The notes under the pieces were generated by a model. The model was not told the origin of the DNA. It saw only the letters and a list, made by a program, of their open reading frames with translations, and did not search any database. A program made the position numbers and the translations under genes. DNA of 59,557 nucleotides from Neovahlkampfia damariscottae (lineage: Eukaryota). The stretch spans positions 1-59,557 of the forward strand of contig JABLTG010000132.1 in NCBI GenBank assembly GCA_016618085.1, written 5' to 3'. Below are positions 46,354 to 58,975 of this stretch, piece after piece; the first letter of the stretch is position 1; the number at the start of each line of letters is the position of its first letter.

Positions 46354-47581
46354 ATGAGCAAAAACAAAAACTGTTGTTTAAATTGGAAAGCAAAGGAGTG
46401 TTCAAAAAAACAAATTCCACAATACATAGTGAACTTGGATGATCCACCGGAAAAACGTTGGTCACATATTATGAAAGATTTCAAAAATGATTTTCCAAAA
46501 GTGGTGTATGAACTTTATTCTTAACTAAAATATTCAGAAAATTCATTGAAGAAGAATCTGAAAACATTTATGGAAAAGTAAAAAAAACAAAATTAATTGT
46601 TCAAGAACTTCACATCAATAGGGAAATACTTCTCAGATACTGTAGTGGGATGGTTTATCAAACCAAATTTAATCAAAGAATTAGAAGGAATTTCAAAAGA
46701 AATTGGTATTGGTGTTGGTTTATTGATCTTAGTTCAAATATCTTATGAACTATGTGCTTCATGCACAACTGTAATTGCTCAAGATGAATTTGGAGTTCCA
46801 TATCATGTCAGAACAATGGATTGGATGATTACAATCCTGAAAGATTTTACTATTGAGGTCGATTTTCAACAAAAAGGAACTACATTGTATAAAGCTACTA
46901 CTTGGGCTGGGTATATAGGAATATTGACTGGAATGAAACCAAACGCATTCAGTGTATCTATTAATTATCGAGAATTAGGTGAATCAAAATGGAATAATTT
47001 TTGGAATCTTTTGAAAGGAAGTTGGTCAATCGGTTATTTAGTGAGACATACTTTGGAAAATGCCGATTCTTACAAGTAAGAAAAACTTATTATGTGAACT
47101 GATATACAAAGAGATGCTGTCAAAATGTTTGAAACTGCAAAATTGATTGCTCCTGTTTACATCAATGTTTGTGGAGTTCAAAAGAATGAAGGTTGTTTGA
47201 TCACAAGGAGTAGAAATTTATCGGAGAATTTTATATCTTTAGGATACCTGAAAAGCAAAGATGATGATGATTTAGTTTATCTTCCAGAGAAAGAAGGAAT
47301 GTTAATGTGCACGAATGATGATTGGTGGAAATATCCACACTTTTCAGAAGATGAAGATTGTTTTGACAGCTTGGGAAGGACTCAGTACATGATCAAAAGG
47401 TAATTTTAATTCTTCTGAAATTCAAAATTTCAGGTGTAAAAAATTGAAAAAAGGAAAAATTAATGAAGAAACAATCGCAAACATTTTGTTTGATTCAAAT
47501 CCAATTCTCCATGACGATACTGTTTATTTGACTGCAATGGTACCAGCAAAGGATTATTATTCTTCAAAATTAAAAAAATAA
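46354..47581 (+). CDS. Acid ceramidase/NAAA-like Ntn-hydrolase, multi-exon
   Basis: VNLDDPPEKRW, nucleophile motif SCTTVIAQD, HVRTMDW, TWAGYIGILTGMKP and LIAPVYI. Confidence 0.85.
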
Positions 47582-47594
47582 AACATAAAATTTA

Positions 47595-49685
47595 TTAGAA
47601 TCTTGGTCTTCCACCTCTGTTACCACCTCCAAAACCTCCTCTTCCTCCACCTCTATTTCCACCACCAAATCCACCACCATTTCTATATCCACCGTTTCCG
47701 CCATAGTTTCCTCCTCTGTTACCGCCATAGTTTCCACCACCATTTCTATTTCCACCATAGCCACCACGTCCACCATAACCACCATTTCTGTTACCTCCAT
47801 AACCACCATTTCTATTTCCACCATAACCTCCACCACGTCCGGATGTGATATTTTCATTTTGAATTTCTTCAGGTAATTCTTCACAAATTTCAATTTCAAA
47901 TTTACTTGAATGGAATTTATTCAATTTTCCTTCTCCAACAACTTTTTTAACACATGAAGATGGTACATCAACCAATGCACCTTGTGAAAATAATTTAATT
48001 TCCAAAATTTTAGCAGCTTCTTGTTGAGTAATATATCCAGACAGACAATCCAAAACGAATTTTGGATATTTGAATGTAGTTCCTTTTGATTTTACAAACA
48101 ATGTAGAGTATCCTTCTTTTGATGATAAAAGTGATTTTGATACAAATGGTTGAGTATAACCACAAATTTTAGCTAATGCAAGAGAAACAGCTTTTTCAGC
48201 ACCTTTTTCTTCAATCAGTTTTTTTGCTTCTTCTTCAAAAAATGGAATCATTTCATCAGCAATTTCATCTAAATCTTCAACTGCATTTTCTGCAGCTGCT
48301 TTGATCATTTGTTGTGGTTGTGGTGTTCCAATTCTTTGAAAACTAACACCAACTCTTTTTTCTAAATTTGCAATTTGGTATGATTCTTTGAATGTAAAGA
48401 AAGTGATTACAGCACCTTTCTTTCCTGCTCTTGCAGTTCTACCACTACGATGAACGTAATCTTCATAGCTTCCTGGAGGTTGACATTGAACAATTAAATT
48501 ACATTGTGGAATATCCAATCCACGAGCAGCTACATTAGTTGCAACTAAACAATTGAATTTTCCTTCTGCAAATTGTTTTAAAGTGATTTCTCTTTGATTT
48601 TGAGCAATATCACCATGAAGAACTTGACATTGTGATGAAATAGAAGATGAAATTGCTAATTCATTCGCTTCAGCTTTTGTATTTGTAAAAACAATAGATT
48701 TTCCTCTTCCTCCATATAATCTAACAACATCAGCTAATGTTGCTCTTCTTGTATTTGAATCACATTGAATAACTAAATGACGAATCAATTTTGGAGTTTT
48801 AACTGATTCATTTTTAACCAAATCAATTGTCAAATGATCTTTCTTCAAATGTTTTCTTGCAACATCTTGAACCCAAGGTGGAATAGTTGCTGAAAATAAT
48901 AAAGTTTGTTTATCTTTTCCTTCTGGTATTTTGCTGAATATTTCTTCAACTGCTTCTTTAAATCCAATTTTCAACATTTCATCTGCTTCATCAAGAATTA
49001 AATAATCAATATTATCAAGTTTTAAAAGATTGTTTTGTAACATATCTAAAACTCTTCCTGGTGTTCCAACTACAATATCAACTCCTTTAAGTAAATCATC
49101 TTTTTGTGTATAATAAGGTACTCCTCCGTAAATACAAGTTGATTTGATTAAAACTCCGACATTTTCAAAATCACGAAAAATTTGTAAAGCAAGTTCACGT
49201 GTAGGTGCCATTACCAAAACTTTTGGTGCTCTTCTACTTTTTAAGATTAATTTTGAATCTTTAACGAGTGCTTGTAATTTTTCGATGATAGGAAGTGCAA
49301 ATGCCAAAGTTTTGCCTGTACCTGTTCTTGCTCTTCCTACAAGATCTTTTCCATCGTAAATATGGTCAAATGTCTTTTCTTGAATTGGAAATAAGTATTC
49401 AACTCCTTTTTCTTTTAAAATTTCAATTGATTGTGTGGATATTCTGAAATCTGATAATGGTGGTCCTTCAAGATGATTAACTTCTTTTTCTTCAACTTTC
49501 TTTTTTCCTGTTTTCTTTGTTGGTTTTTCAGTTTTTTTTGTTTCTTCATGTTCAAAATCTACTTCGATATCTTTTTCAACATCTTCTTCTTGTTGGATTT
49601 TTTTTGTTTTATCCTTTCCTAGTTTTTGTTTTTTATTTTGTGTATCATTTTGATCTCTTTTTCTTTTTACATTTTGTGTTGTCAT
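47595..49685 (-). CDS. DDX21: DEAD-box RNA helicase DDX21/RH7-like with GUCT region and RGG tail
   Basis: GRARTGTGKT, PTRELA, DEAD, SAT, HRSGRTARAG and a GGNRGG-repeat C-terminus. Intronless. Confidence 0.9.
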   Translation of the reverse strand: MTTQNVKRKRDQNDTQNKKQKLGKDKTKKIQQEEDVEKDIEVDFEHEETKKTEKPTKKTGKKKVEEKEVNHLEGPPLSDFRISTQSIEILKEKGVEYLFPIQEKTFDHIYDGKDLVGRARTGTGKTLAFALPIIEKLQALVKDSKLILKSRRAPKVLVMAPTRELALQIFRDFENVGVLIKSTCIYGGVPYYTQKDDLLKGVDIVVGTPGRVLDMLQNNLLKLDNIDYLILDEADEMLKIGFKEAVEEIFSKIPEGKDKQTLLFSATIPPWVQDVARKHLKKDHLTIDLVKNESVKTPKLIRHLVIQCDSNTRRATLADVVRLYGGRGKSIVFTNTKAEANELAISSSISSQCQVLHGDIAQNQREITLKQFAEGKFNCLVATNVAARGLDIPQCNLIVQCQPPGSYEDYVHRSGRTARAGKKGAVITFFTFKESYQIANLEKRVGVSFQRIGTPQPQQMIKAAAENAVEDLDEIADEMIPFFEEEAKKLIEEKGAEKAVSLALAKICGYTQPFVSKSLLSSKEGYSTLFVKSKGTTFKYPKFVLDCLSGYITQQEAAKILEIKLFSQGALVDVPSSCVKKVVGEGKLNKFHSSKFEIEICEELPEEIQNENITSGRGGGYGGNRNGGYGGNRNGGYGGRGGYGGNRNGGGNYGGNRGGNYGGNGGYRNGGGFGGGNRGGGRGGFGGGNRGGRPRF
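47600..47840 (-). repeat. RGG/GGY(N)R low-complexity coding repeat
   Basis: Tandem GGYGGNRN/GGNRGG units at the helicase C-terminus. Confidence 0.85.
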
Positions 49686-49954
49686 GTTCTGTTTGTCCAA
49701 TTTTTTTTGTACAACTATTGACCAATCAAATGAAAAAAACATTCAATTTTAAAATGGTTTCTAAAGAAACTGGAAATGAAATATTTTTATAAATAAAAGG
49801 TAGTAAATTTTTCCATTTTTCGTTTTCTTCCCGCTAACTATTTTATCCAATCAAAAATATTTCTTTTGCTGAGAGGAAAAAAAATCTACAATAAATTAAG
49901 ACGAACTTTTTGATTGGCTCACTAAAAAAAACAACAACTTCACAACCGACGTAC

Positions 49955-51020
49955 ATGTCCAAGACCAAAAAAAAACAAGTAGAAGAAGAAGAAATAACAG
50001 AAGAAATTGAAGAAGTAGAAGATTCAATCAAATTAATCGGTGAACTTGAAAACGAAGGTGTTTCTGCTTCAGATATCGAAAAACTCAAAAAAGACGGTTA
50101 CTACACCATAGAGTCAATCTTATCAACACCAAAGAAAAACTTGCTTCTGGTGAAAGGTGTTTCAGATGCTAAGGCTGATAAAATTATAGCCGCTGCTTAC
50201 AAAGTTGGAGGTGGTGGTTTTATTACAGCTACAGATTATAATCAAAAGAGAAAAGAAATTGTACAATTGACTACAGGTTCAAAAGAGTTTGATAAATTAC
50301 TTGGAGGTGGTATTGAATCAAGTTCACTTACAGAAATTTTTGGTGAATTTAGAACTGGAAAAACTCAACTTTGTCATACACTTTGTGTTGTAAGTGTTTT
50401 AAAAAATTTTAATTTTTTTTTTTAAGACAGCTCAACTTCCTATTGAAAATGGTGGTGGAGAAGGAAAAGCAATGTATATTGATACAGAAGGTACATTTAG
50501 ACCTGAAAGATTAAAAGATATTGCTGTTAAGTATAACCTTGATCCTGACGAAGTTTTAGATAATGTTACTTATGCAAAAGCAAAAAATACAGACCAACAA
50601 ACTAAACTTTTAATTGAAGCAAGTGCTTTAATGAGTGAAACACGATATGCTCTTTTAATTGTTGATTCAGCTACTGCTTTATATAGAACAGATTATTCTG
50701 GAAGAGGAGAACTTTCAACAAGACAAATGCATTTGGCTCAATTTTTAAGAGGATTAGCTAAAATTGCTGAAGAATATAATGTAGCTGTAGTTTTTTCAAA
50801 TCAAGTTGTTGCTCAAGTTGATGGAAATGCAATGTTTGCTTCAGATCCAAAAAAACCAATTGGTGGAAATATTGTTGCTCATGCCTCAACAACAAGATTG
50901 TATTTAAGAAAAGGAAGAGGAGAAGCAAGAGTTTGTAAAATTTATGACTCTCCAACTTTACCTGAAAGTGAATGTACATTCGGAATTTTCAAAGAAGGTA
51001 TTGGTGATATCAAAGAATAA
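49955..51020 (+). CDS. RAD51: DNA repair recombinase RAD51, 2 exons
   Basis: [44 protein letters not shown] and [17 protein letters not shown]. Intron 50390-50426. Confidence 0.97.
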
Positions 51021-51074
51021 ATTTTTTGTAAAAACTTTTTTTTTTGTTTTTTCATTTTATGGACAAGGTTTTAT

Positions 51075-51389
51075 TTATTCAATTGATTTTTTAAGAGCCA
51101 TTTTTAAATTATCTGCTGAATCTGTTTTTTCTGTCATGCCCATGATAACATTTGTCATTTCTTCATGACTCAGGTAAACCAATTCATCAACTTGTTTTGA
51201 AAGAAGTAAAGTCATAAATTGATAAACTTGTCCATCTGTAGGACAATTATCTTGAGTATTTGCAATTTCTGATAAAAGTTTTATCATTTGATGGAATTTT
51301 TTTGGACTTCCGTTGGTGTGATTATAAAAATCAAGTATCTCTTGTTGGCATTGTTTTGCCATCTCTTTTTGAAAGTCTTGAAAAAGCAT
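51075..51389 (-). CDS. Hypothetical 104-aa protein
   Basis: ATG-initiated ORF with coding-like composition; CCAAT box at 51414. Confidence 0.5.
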   Translation of the reverse strand: MLFQDFQKEMAKQCQQEILDFYNHTNGSPKKFHQMIKLLSEIANTQDNCPTDGQVYQFMTLLLSKQVDELVYLSHEEMTNVIMGMTEKTDSADNLKMALKKSIE

Positions 51390-51460
51390 TTCTTTAGTTC
51401 AGAAAATAATGTGATTGGATAAAATTTGTTTTCTATTTCATAGAAGATTTATTCCTAATT

Positions 51461-53907
51461 TTATAAATAAAATGAAGCAACAAATAAAATAGTCATGAGA
51501 GCAACATAAATTGTTGATGAACTTGAAGTAACTTGTGATGTTGCTGGATTTGTTGATGTTGAAGGTGTTGTTGATGTTGATGGTGTTGTTTCAGCATCAA
51601 AATAAGCAGCATAATAAGTATTTGTTGTTGAAACTTGAGCACACATTTCTGATTTATAATCTGTAACTTTTAATCCAGTGTTGACAAATTCTCCACTTGC
51701 AGAAACAGTTGCGAATCCAGGATATTTATGTGTTGAAGGAATTGAAAGAGCTGATGAATTGAGTTTAACAATACATAACCAAACTGAAAATGTAGTTGTA
51801 TTTAATGGAGTTGGAATTACAGAGACACCATTTGAAGCTCCTTTTCCTGTTGTTACATTTTGGAAGAAGATATCATAAAGTGGTGTATTTGAAATAACTT
51901 TTCCAACTGTAACTTGAGTACGAAAAGCTGTTGCATCAACTGAAGCTGGAATTGAATCTGGTTTAATTGTAATTGTGAAACTTTCTGTAGCAATAAAATC
52001 TGAAATTCCTGAAAAAGCGAAGAATGAATGACGATAGAATTTTGATGTATCTGGATAACAAACTGTACCATTTGGTTTTGAAGGTGTTAAACAATCACAT
52101 ACAACAGATTCAAGTAATCTATTTTTATATGAGTTTTGTTCAAATGCATTTCCATAAACTTGTGCTTGAACTCTGAAACTATTGAGGAGGAAGAATGTTG
52201 AAGTAGTAGGTGGGATAGCATTTTTCCATGCATTTACACTTGTGTTTTTTCCTTGAATCCAACTATTTGTATTTGTGAATTTTGTATCATTGAATGATCC
52301 TTTAAACCATTGTCCATTTGCATTTCCAAAATATCCACCAGCTTTAGCACATTCAGTAGCATCAAAAAGTCTCACACTACCATCTGGATGATGACAAAAT
52401 TGAAGTGATTCACATTGTGCTTTTGAAGTTACTTTTGGAACCCAAACACCACCTTTTTGTTGACATTGAGCAGATGTTAATTGATAATTTGCACATCCAA
52501 TAATAACACTTGTTGAATTTGCATGATGAGCGCATGTTGTTGAAATTGTTGGGTTTCCAATGATAGCATATGGAAGAATACAATTATCAACATGAAGTTG
52601 TAATCCAGTGGATGTTAAACATACATCTGTGCAACCACATGTTGGTGTACCAGGTTTTGCATAAGAACATTGAGGATTTGTTGAACAAGTTTGGTATGTT
52701 GAGTTTTCACAAATTGATTTAGTGAATAATTGATTTGTTCCTGGAATAATACTTCCAAAACTTCCACAAGTACCACTAACATCACATAAAGCTTTTGTTG
52801 AAGCAGCAGCAATTGGAGTGCATTCACCATTGATTTTACATGTAGAATTGCTTACACAGAAGCTTTGAGTTGTTGGACAACTTCCATTGATTAAAGGAAC
52901 ATTACAGACTTGTTCTTTTAAACATTCTGACATTGTCATATTGATTTGTGTTCCATTGACATTTAAACAAATATCTTTGAAGTATTTTGTTTTGAAAGAA
53001 GCAGTTAATTCATCTGAAGTGCTTGTAGCTTTTCCACCAACATCTTTTCTGAAGAATCTAGCTTCTGTACCATTGACATTTCTCAAAGTACAATCAATAA
53101 AAGCCTTATGTGGGTTTGAATATTGACATTGATAAAGATCTTTTGAACAAGTACCTCCATACATACAATCAGCATCAGTTAAGCATTTAAGTAATGGTGA
53201 ACTTGGGGTAGAAGGAGTAATAGGAGCAATTGGTGGACCAATTAAAGAAGCGCATGAGTAAGCATAATTTCTAGCGGCCATTGTTGGAAACAATTTCTTT
53301 TTTGAAAAAATAAATGACTGAAAATACTTACGTTAGCAGTGTTTAAGGTATTCATTCTTGAAGCTTGTTGATATTCTTTGATAGCTTTTTGAGCTTTAGT
53401 TGGATTTCCGCAGTTTAATGCTAAATGAGTACCATTATAACCATATGAAGATTCAATTGGAATGTCATCATAATTTGTATCTCTTTTTACACAAGCATTT
53501 TTCAACGCAGCTCTAAATAAAAGTTTGAAAACAAACAAACTTACCCTGGAGCACAACAAGCATCAGATGAAGAAATACTTCCTACTGGGCATACAGTTGT
53601 GTTATAAAGTGTTCTGTTTGCGAATTGAGCATTTTGTGGTGTTAACATGAATTTTTTAATTTCAGTTTCACAAGGAGCAATACTCAATGAAATTGATGCT
53701 GATAATAAAGCGAGTCCAGTAAAAACATTAAGATCAATTTCTTTTTCAACAAGCTATTTTTGGTTAGAAACTTTAGTTTAGTGTTACTAATTGAGCAGCG
53801 TTGTCAAAACCGTTGTTTGCTGAGGCAATTCCACTGTAAGTACAAGTTGGAGTGGCCATTAAATAACCGAAAAAAACGGACAAAAGCACAAAAAGAAGTG
53901 TTTTCAT
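51461..53907 (-). CDS. Secreted Cys-rich surface protein with Ser/Thr linker and GPI-like C-terminus, 4 exons
   Basis: Signal peptide MKTLLFVLLSVFFGYLMA from 53907. Three short introns join it to ORF 51461-53293. Many Cys pairs, TTPSTST repeats and a hydrophobic tail. Confidence 0.75.
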
Positions 53908-54609
53908 TTTTTTTTAGTAAACGTTAACGAGATGACCAATCATTTTATTTGAAGTTTTAGAACCAAGTCCGAAAATGGAAAACGAGAGTTGATTGGTACA
54001 CTTCTGAACTGCTATGAGTTCGAATTCGGAAAAATACCGGCAAATCAATGGAATTGTTCAATTATTGTTTCCCAATGTTAAATGTTCCAAATTCAATCAA
54101 AAAAAAAATGAAAATTGAAGCATGCACAATGAAATAGTGCATTGGGATGATATATGTATCATTTCCTATCAAACTTATATCTGTTAAATTATTGGATTGT
54201 GTAATTTCGCTCATCAAGAAATACATAATTTTTCAATTGAACCATATTTCAATAAACCTTTTTTATATTGTTGATATTTGAATATCTTTATCCAACTTAC
54301 TTTTATTCATTCAAGCCTTCCAATGATGGAGATTTGGAAAAAAGACATTCAGAATGATCCATTTCAAATGTGTTTTATATTCCAAATCTTTATTTTCTTT
54401 TGTGAGTTCTTTTCTCTATGATTAACAGAAACATGAATTATTTCTGTGTAAGTAATTTTGAATAGAAGGAAGAAATGATTGGTGGATTTCTTGAACTTTA
54501 TTTCTGATCGTTTTGATACAATTTTGGGAATATCAAGGTGATACAAAATTTGTCCTTTTCTGAATAAATACAGTAAGCCAATCATATTTTACCACAAACC
54601 AAAATCAGA

Positions 54610-56050
54610 ATGAACAAAAGACAAACCTTGCTTTTTTCTGTTGGCCATTCTCCTGGTCAATTACAAAAACTCCTTAAAGTTTTCAACCAACAACAAATAA
54701 ATTTAAAAATGATCAGAAGCAGACCTTCCAGAACAAAAAAAAGTAAAAAAAAAACAATAATTTCTTATAAAAAGACTTTGAAATAATTGTTGATTTAGAT
54801 AATGAGTTATCAACCAAAGAACTTGCTTCACTTAAGTCAGAACTTAAACAATATACTTCTACTTTTGAAGGTTTGTTCAAAAAAAATTGTAAATTCTTTT
54901 TTAGTATTGGGCTCAAACAGTAAAAAAAATGAAATAACTAAATAAGCACAGCACCTTGGTTTCCACGTAAATTATCAGATTTAGATCGATTTGGAAACAA
55001 AGTTCTTGAAGCAGGAGCTGATTTAGGTTTTAAAAAAAAAAAATAAAAATAACTCATTCAAACAGAATCTGATCATCCAGGATTTAACGATGCAGAATAT
55101 CGTAAAAGAAGATCTATCATCTCTGAAAATGCTCAAAACTATAAACAGTAAAAAAAAAACTTTTTTGTGTTAAATTTTCACACAGTGGTGATGAAGTTCC
55201 AAGAGTTGATTATACCAAAGCTGAAACTGAAGCATGGGGTTTAATATATAAAAAATTAACAGCAATGTATCCAGAATATGCATGTAAACAATTGAATTAT
55301 GTGTTTCCATTATTAGAAGAAAATTGTGGATACAGTGAAACAAACATTCCTCAATTAGCTGATATTTCTAACTTTTTAAAAGATGCTACAGGATTTACAA
55401 TTAGACCTGTTGCTGGTTTACTTAGTTCAAGAGATTTCTTGAATGGATTAGCTTTCAGAGTTTTTCATTCAACTCAATACATTCGTCATCATTCTAGACC
55501 ATTTTACACACCAGAACCTGATATTATTCATGAATTACTTGGTCATGTTCCATTATTTGCAGACCCTGATTTTGCAGATTTTAGTCAAATTATTGGATTG
55601 GCATCTATTGGAGCTTCAGATGAAGCTATTGAACAATTAGCTCGTTGTTATTGGTTTACAGTTGAATTTGGTGTTTGTTTAGAAGAAGGCAAAAGAAAAG
55701 CATATGGTGCTGGATTATTATCATCATTTGGTGAATTAGAACATGCAATGAGTGATAAACCAAAATTTATTCCATTTGCTCCTGAAGTTGCTGCAAAACA
55801 AGATTATCCAATTACAACATATCAACCAATCTATTTTGTAGCTGAATCCTTTGAAGATGCAAAAATAAGAATGAAAGAATTTTCAAACAAATTGGAAAAA
55901 CCAATTGCAATTAGATTCAATCCTTACACAGACCGAATTGAATTACTAGATTCAAAAAAGAAATTAGAAAATTTAGCAAATTCAATTTCATCATCTCTTG
56001 ATACTTTACAAATGGGTATCAAAAAATTGAATGATTTCAGTACTGACTAA
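54610..56050 (+). CDS. PAH: Phenylalanine 4-hydroxylase (ACT + catalytic domain), 6 exons
   Basis: ACT region (IRSRPS), PWFPRKL, DHPGF, FHSTQYIRH, PEPDIIHELLGH and TVEFG. Five short introns, including ones flanking a 15-nt micro-exon at 54905-54919. Confidence 0.93.
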
Positions 56051-56062
56051 ATAAATGATTTT

Positions 56063-56786
56063 TTATTTTGAAAACAAATCAAGAATTTTTTCACCTAAAG
56101 ATTTTCTTTTCTTCTTCGATCTAGCTTTCAACGCGATTTCAACAGAAGTCTCAAATACATTGTTCAAACCTTCACCAGTCTTAGCAGAACATTCAAAATA
56201 TCCTGCAGCTCCTATTCTATCAGCTAATTTCTTGATATCAGACGCTGATATTTCTTGAACTGTTTCTTCTGATAAATCTGATTTATTTCCAACAAGTACT
56301 ATTGGTGTATCAGGACAATGATACTTTAATTCAGGAGCCCATTTAATTTCTGCGTTTTCAAATGATTTTTTATCAAAAAGAGAGAAACATAAGAGAAAAA
56401 CTGATGTGTCTGGATAACTAAGTGGACGAACTCTAAAAGTTAATACCAATCAATATTACCGATCATAATCTCCTTGACCTGCTGTGTCCCAAAGACCAAG
56501 ATTCACTTGGGTGCCTTCTTTTGAAGACATTAGTATTGAGTAACTATTTTTTTAACTAAAAAAAAAACAAACTTGTCAAAAACTGTTGGTGTGTATTCCT
56601 TTGGAAATTGTCTGTAATTTGTCAAAATTAAAATTACTTACTTTGCTGTGTATGTGACAAGTAAACATGTTTTTCCAATCTTTTTGCGGTTAGTTTTGAA
56701 TTTAAGTTACTGAGTCATCACCACTCACTAATTATCATTAGAAATGTTATTTTTTTACCAACCAATTTCACGTGTGTTGGTTCCAT
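56063..56786 (-). CDS. Atypical Rho/Rac-family small GTPase, 6 exons
   Basis: Spliced sequence KLVVSGDDSIGKTC, EYTPTVFD, WDTAGQ, RPLSYPDT, VGNKSD and ECSAK. No CAAX box. Confidence 0.85.
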
Positions 56787-56870
56787 TTAAGAAATAGTGA
56801 AGAATTCTATTGGTCGATTTTTCCATACTTTTTTGGAGTAGAAAAGATCTTAAGATCAAACTTTTAATTT

Positions 56871-57539
56871 TTATATTTTTTCAAATTTCTTTTCTGTTGA
56901 TGATTCATATTTCTGAATCAAATCTTCATCAAAAGAATCAAAAATAAGTACTTCAATAAAATCGACATTTGACATTTTCATCACTTTATCTTCATCAAAA
57001 GTATAATAAATAACATTATCTTTTATATCTTGAAATCTCAAGAATCTATTTTTTGTCGTTCTGAATTTCAAAATGTTAACAATTTTTGATGAATAGATTT
57101 CTTCAACTAAAAGTAATTTTTTTAAATTCCAAGAATACATTTGATGAAACTCATCATCATCTTTCAATTTTTCAAATAATTCAATTGATTTTTTCTTTAC
57201 ATATTTCTTTATAATCTTTTCAAATTTGTGTCTTAATTCTGGTTTGTCCCAAATGTAATCTTCAACATTGATAATTCCTTCAATGAAATTTAACTCCTCA
57301 GGTAGTACAGTTTGATATTGTTCAGAGATTAATTTATTGTCTCCGTAAAAATAAAATTTTGATTCATTTTGAGGTGCTTTTGGACAAAACAGAACTGTAG
57401 AAAAAGACAATGATCCTTCAACAGAAAACCAATTTAAACCTAATGGTTTTTCTTTTGAACCTTTCATTGCTTGATATAAATCAATGTAATCAATTTTGGT
57501 TTTGTCTTGGATTGAAAGAAAAAGTTTCTCAATTTCCAT
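56871..57539 (-). CDS. Divergent stand-alone HSP90 middle-domain-like protein
   Basis: FSVEGSLSFSTVLFCPKAP, LPEELNFIEGIINVED, IIKKYVKKKSIELF, ILKFRTTK, IYY and IEVL follow the HSP90 M-domain motif order. ATG at 57539; CCAAT box at 57551. Confidence 0.65.
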   Translation of the reverse strand: MEIEKLFLSIQDKTKIDYIDLYQAMKGSKEKPLGLNWFSVEGSLSFSTVLFCPKAPQNESKFYFYGDNKLISEQYQTVLPEELNFIEGIINVEDYIWDKPELRHKFEKIIKKYVKKKSIELFEKLKDDDEFHQMYSWNLKKLLLVEEIYSSKIVNILKFRTTKNRFLRFQDIKDNVIYYTFDEDKVMKMSNVDFIEVLIFDSFDEDLIQKYESSTEKKFEKI

Positions 57540-57666
57540 TTCTTGATTCAATTGGATGAAAATTACAATTCTTGATTTTTTTAAATTCTGTTTAAAAATT
57601 CTCATTTTTTTAATTGAAATCAAACTAGAGCTTGCTTGTTTTTCATTGGTTCTTTACAAAAACTTG

Positions 57667-57966
57667 ATGGGTAATAAACAACTCCAGACCGTTAAAGACG
57701 CTGTAAAAAATCAATCCATTTTAATTAATTCACCATAGATAAATCATCCAGAAGATGAACAAAAAATTATAAAACTTTTTAATTCCTACGACAAGGACAG
57801 AAGTGGATATTTAGAAGAAGCTGAATTTGATAAATTTGTTTCAGATATTGCAAAAATGTTTGGTGATGGAACATATGACATAAGTTTAAGTGCTTTTGAT
57901 AAGGATGGAGATGCTGAAATTAGTTACTATGAATTAAAACAAGGTTTATTAAAAATGACTCAATAA
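57667..57966 (+). CDS. Small N-myristoylated two-EF-hand protein (type A, copy 1)
   Basis: MGNKQL; intron 57703-57738; loops DKDRSGYLEEAE and DKDGDAEISYYE. Confidence 0.85.
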
Positions 57967-58027
57967 AAAAAAGAATAGAATTTGATTTTTTGTTTTTGAA
58001 GATGGAAATACAATGAAACTAATAATT

Positions 58028-58344
58028 TTATTGTTTAACTTTTAAGATTGCTGCTTTTAATTCATCAAAAGTAATTTCTGAATTTTTGTCAGTGTCAATG
58101 AAACTAAATTGAGCAAGAGCGTCCACACCCCATTTTCCTTCTTTATCTGCTTTGACAAATTTACTCACATCATCTGAAAATTTTTCAAATTCCTTAAAAA
58201 AATTTAAACAACAAAATGTCGTACATTGAGTTCGATTTTTCCATTTTTATTTTTATCATAGAGATCAAATAACTTTTTAATTTCATCTTCTTGTTCGGAG
58301 TTTTGTAAAGCAGATTGAAGTTTTTTCACGTTTGCGTTTCCCAT
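58028..58344 (-). CDS. Small N-myristoylated two-EF-hand protein (type B, copy 1)
   Basis: MGNANVKK; loops DKNKNGKIELNE (intron before the final E) and DTDKNSEITFDE. Confidence 0.85.
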
Positions 58345-58509
58345 CTTCTTCCAATTTTTTGTTTATGTTTGTTTATCCAATCACTGACGAAGATGGAAAA
58401 TATCAAAATAATTTCTTTGTTTTTTTTAATAAATAAAAAGAAAATTTAAATGGAATTTAGGGAAAGTTAACGACTACAAGGATTTTATTGGTCAATTTTC
58501 CGATTGCTG

Positions 58510-58798
58510 ATGGGAAACAAACAACTAAAAACACTTCAAGATGCTGTATCAAAATAACTTTCTAATGTATAAATAGGTCAACCATCCAGAAGATGAAGCA
58601 AAAATAATTAAAGTTTTTAATAAATATGACAAAGACAGAAGTGGTTATTTAGAAACTGGTGAATTTGATAAATTTGTTTCTGACCTGGCAACATTATTTG
58701 GTGATGGTACATATGACATAACATTAGATAAATTTGATAAGGATGGAGATGCTGAAATCAGTTATTATGAACTAAAACAAGGTTTATTAAAAATGTAA
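58510..58798 (+). CDS. Small N-myristoylated two-EF-hand protein (type A, copy 2)
   Basis: MGNKQLKTLQDA, with an intron at the same position as in copy 1; loops DKDRSGYLETGE and DKDGDAEISYYE. Confidence 0.85.
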
Positions 58799-58975
58799 AA
58801 AATCTCCAAGTTTTATTGTTTTTTTGAATTTCTAAATCATCATCATCTAACAGTTCAAAATGAAACATTTGAGGACAAACATTGATTTTCTTTTCTCATC
58901 CATTTTTCTCCTTTGGGTAAAAACTCGATTATTATTGAATGAATGGTTAAAAATAATTCATGGTAAAAAATTATT

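Noticed and set aside
47570..47899. Repetitive V/E/M-rich and His-rich alternative-frame ORFs
   Set aside because: Other reading frames of the DDX21 RGG tail.
53908..54609. Unusually long 700-bp intergenic region
   Set aside because: Contains CCAAT boxes for both divergent genes, but no ORF, repeat or structure that I can support.
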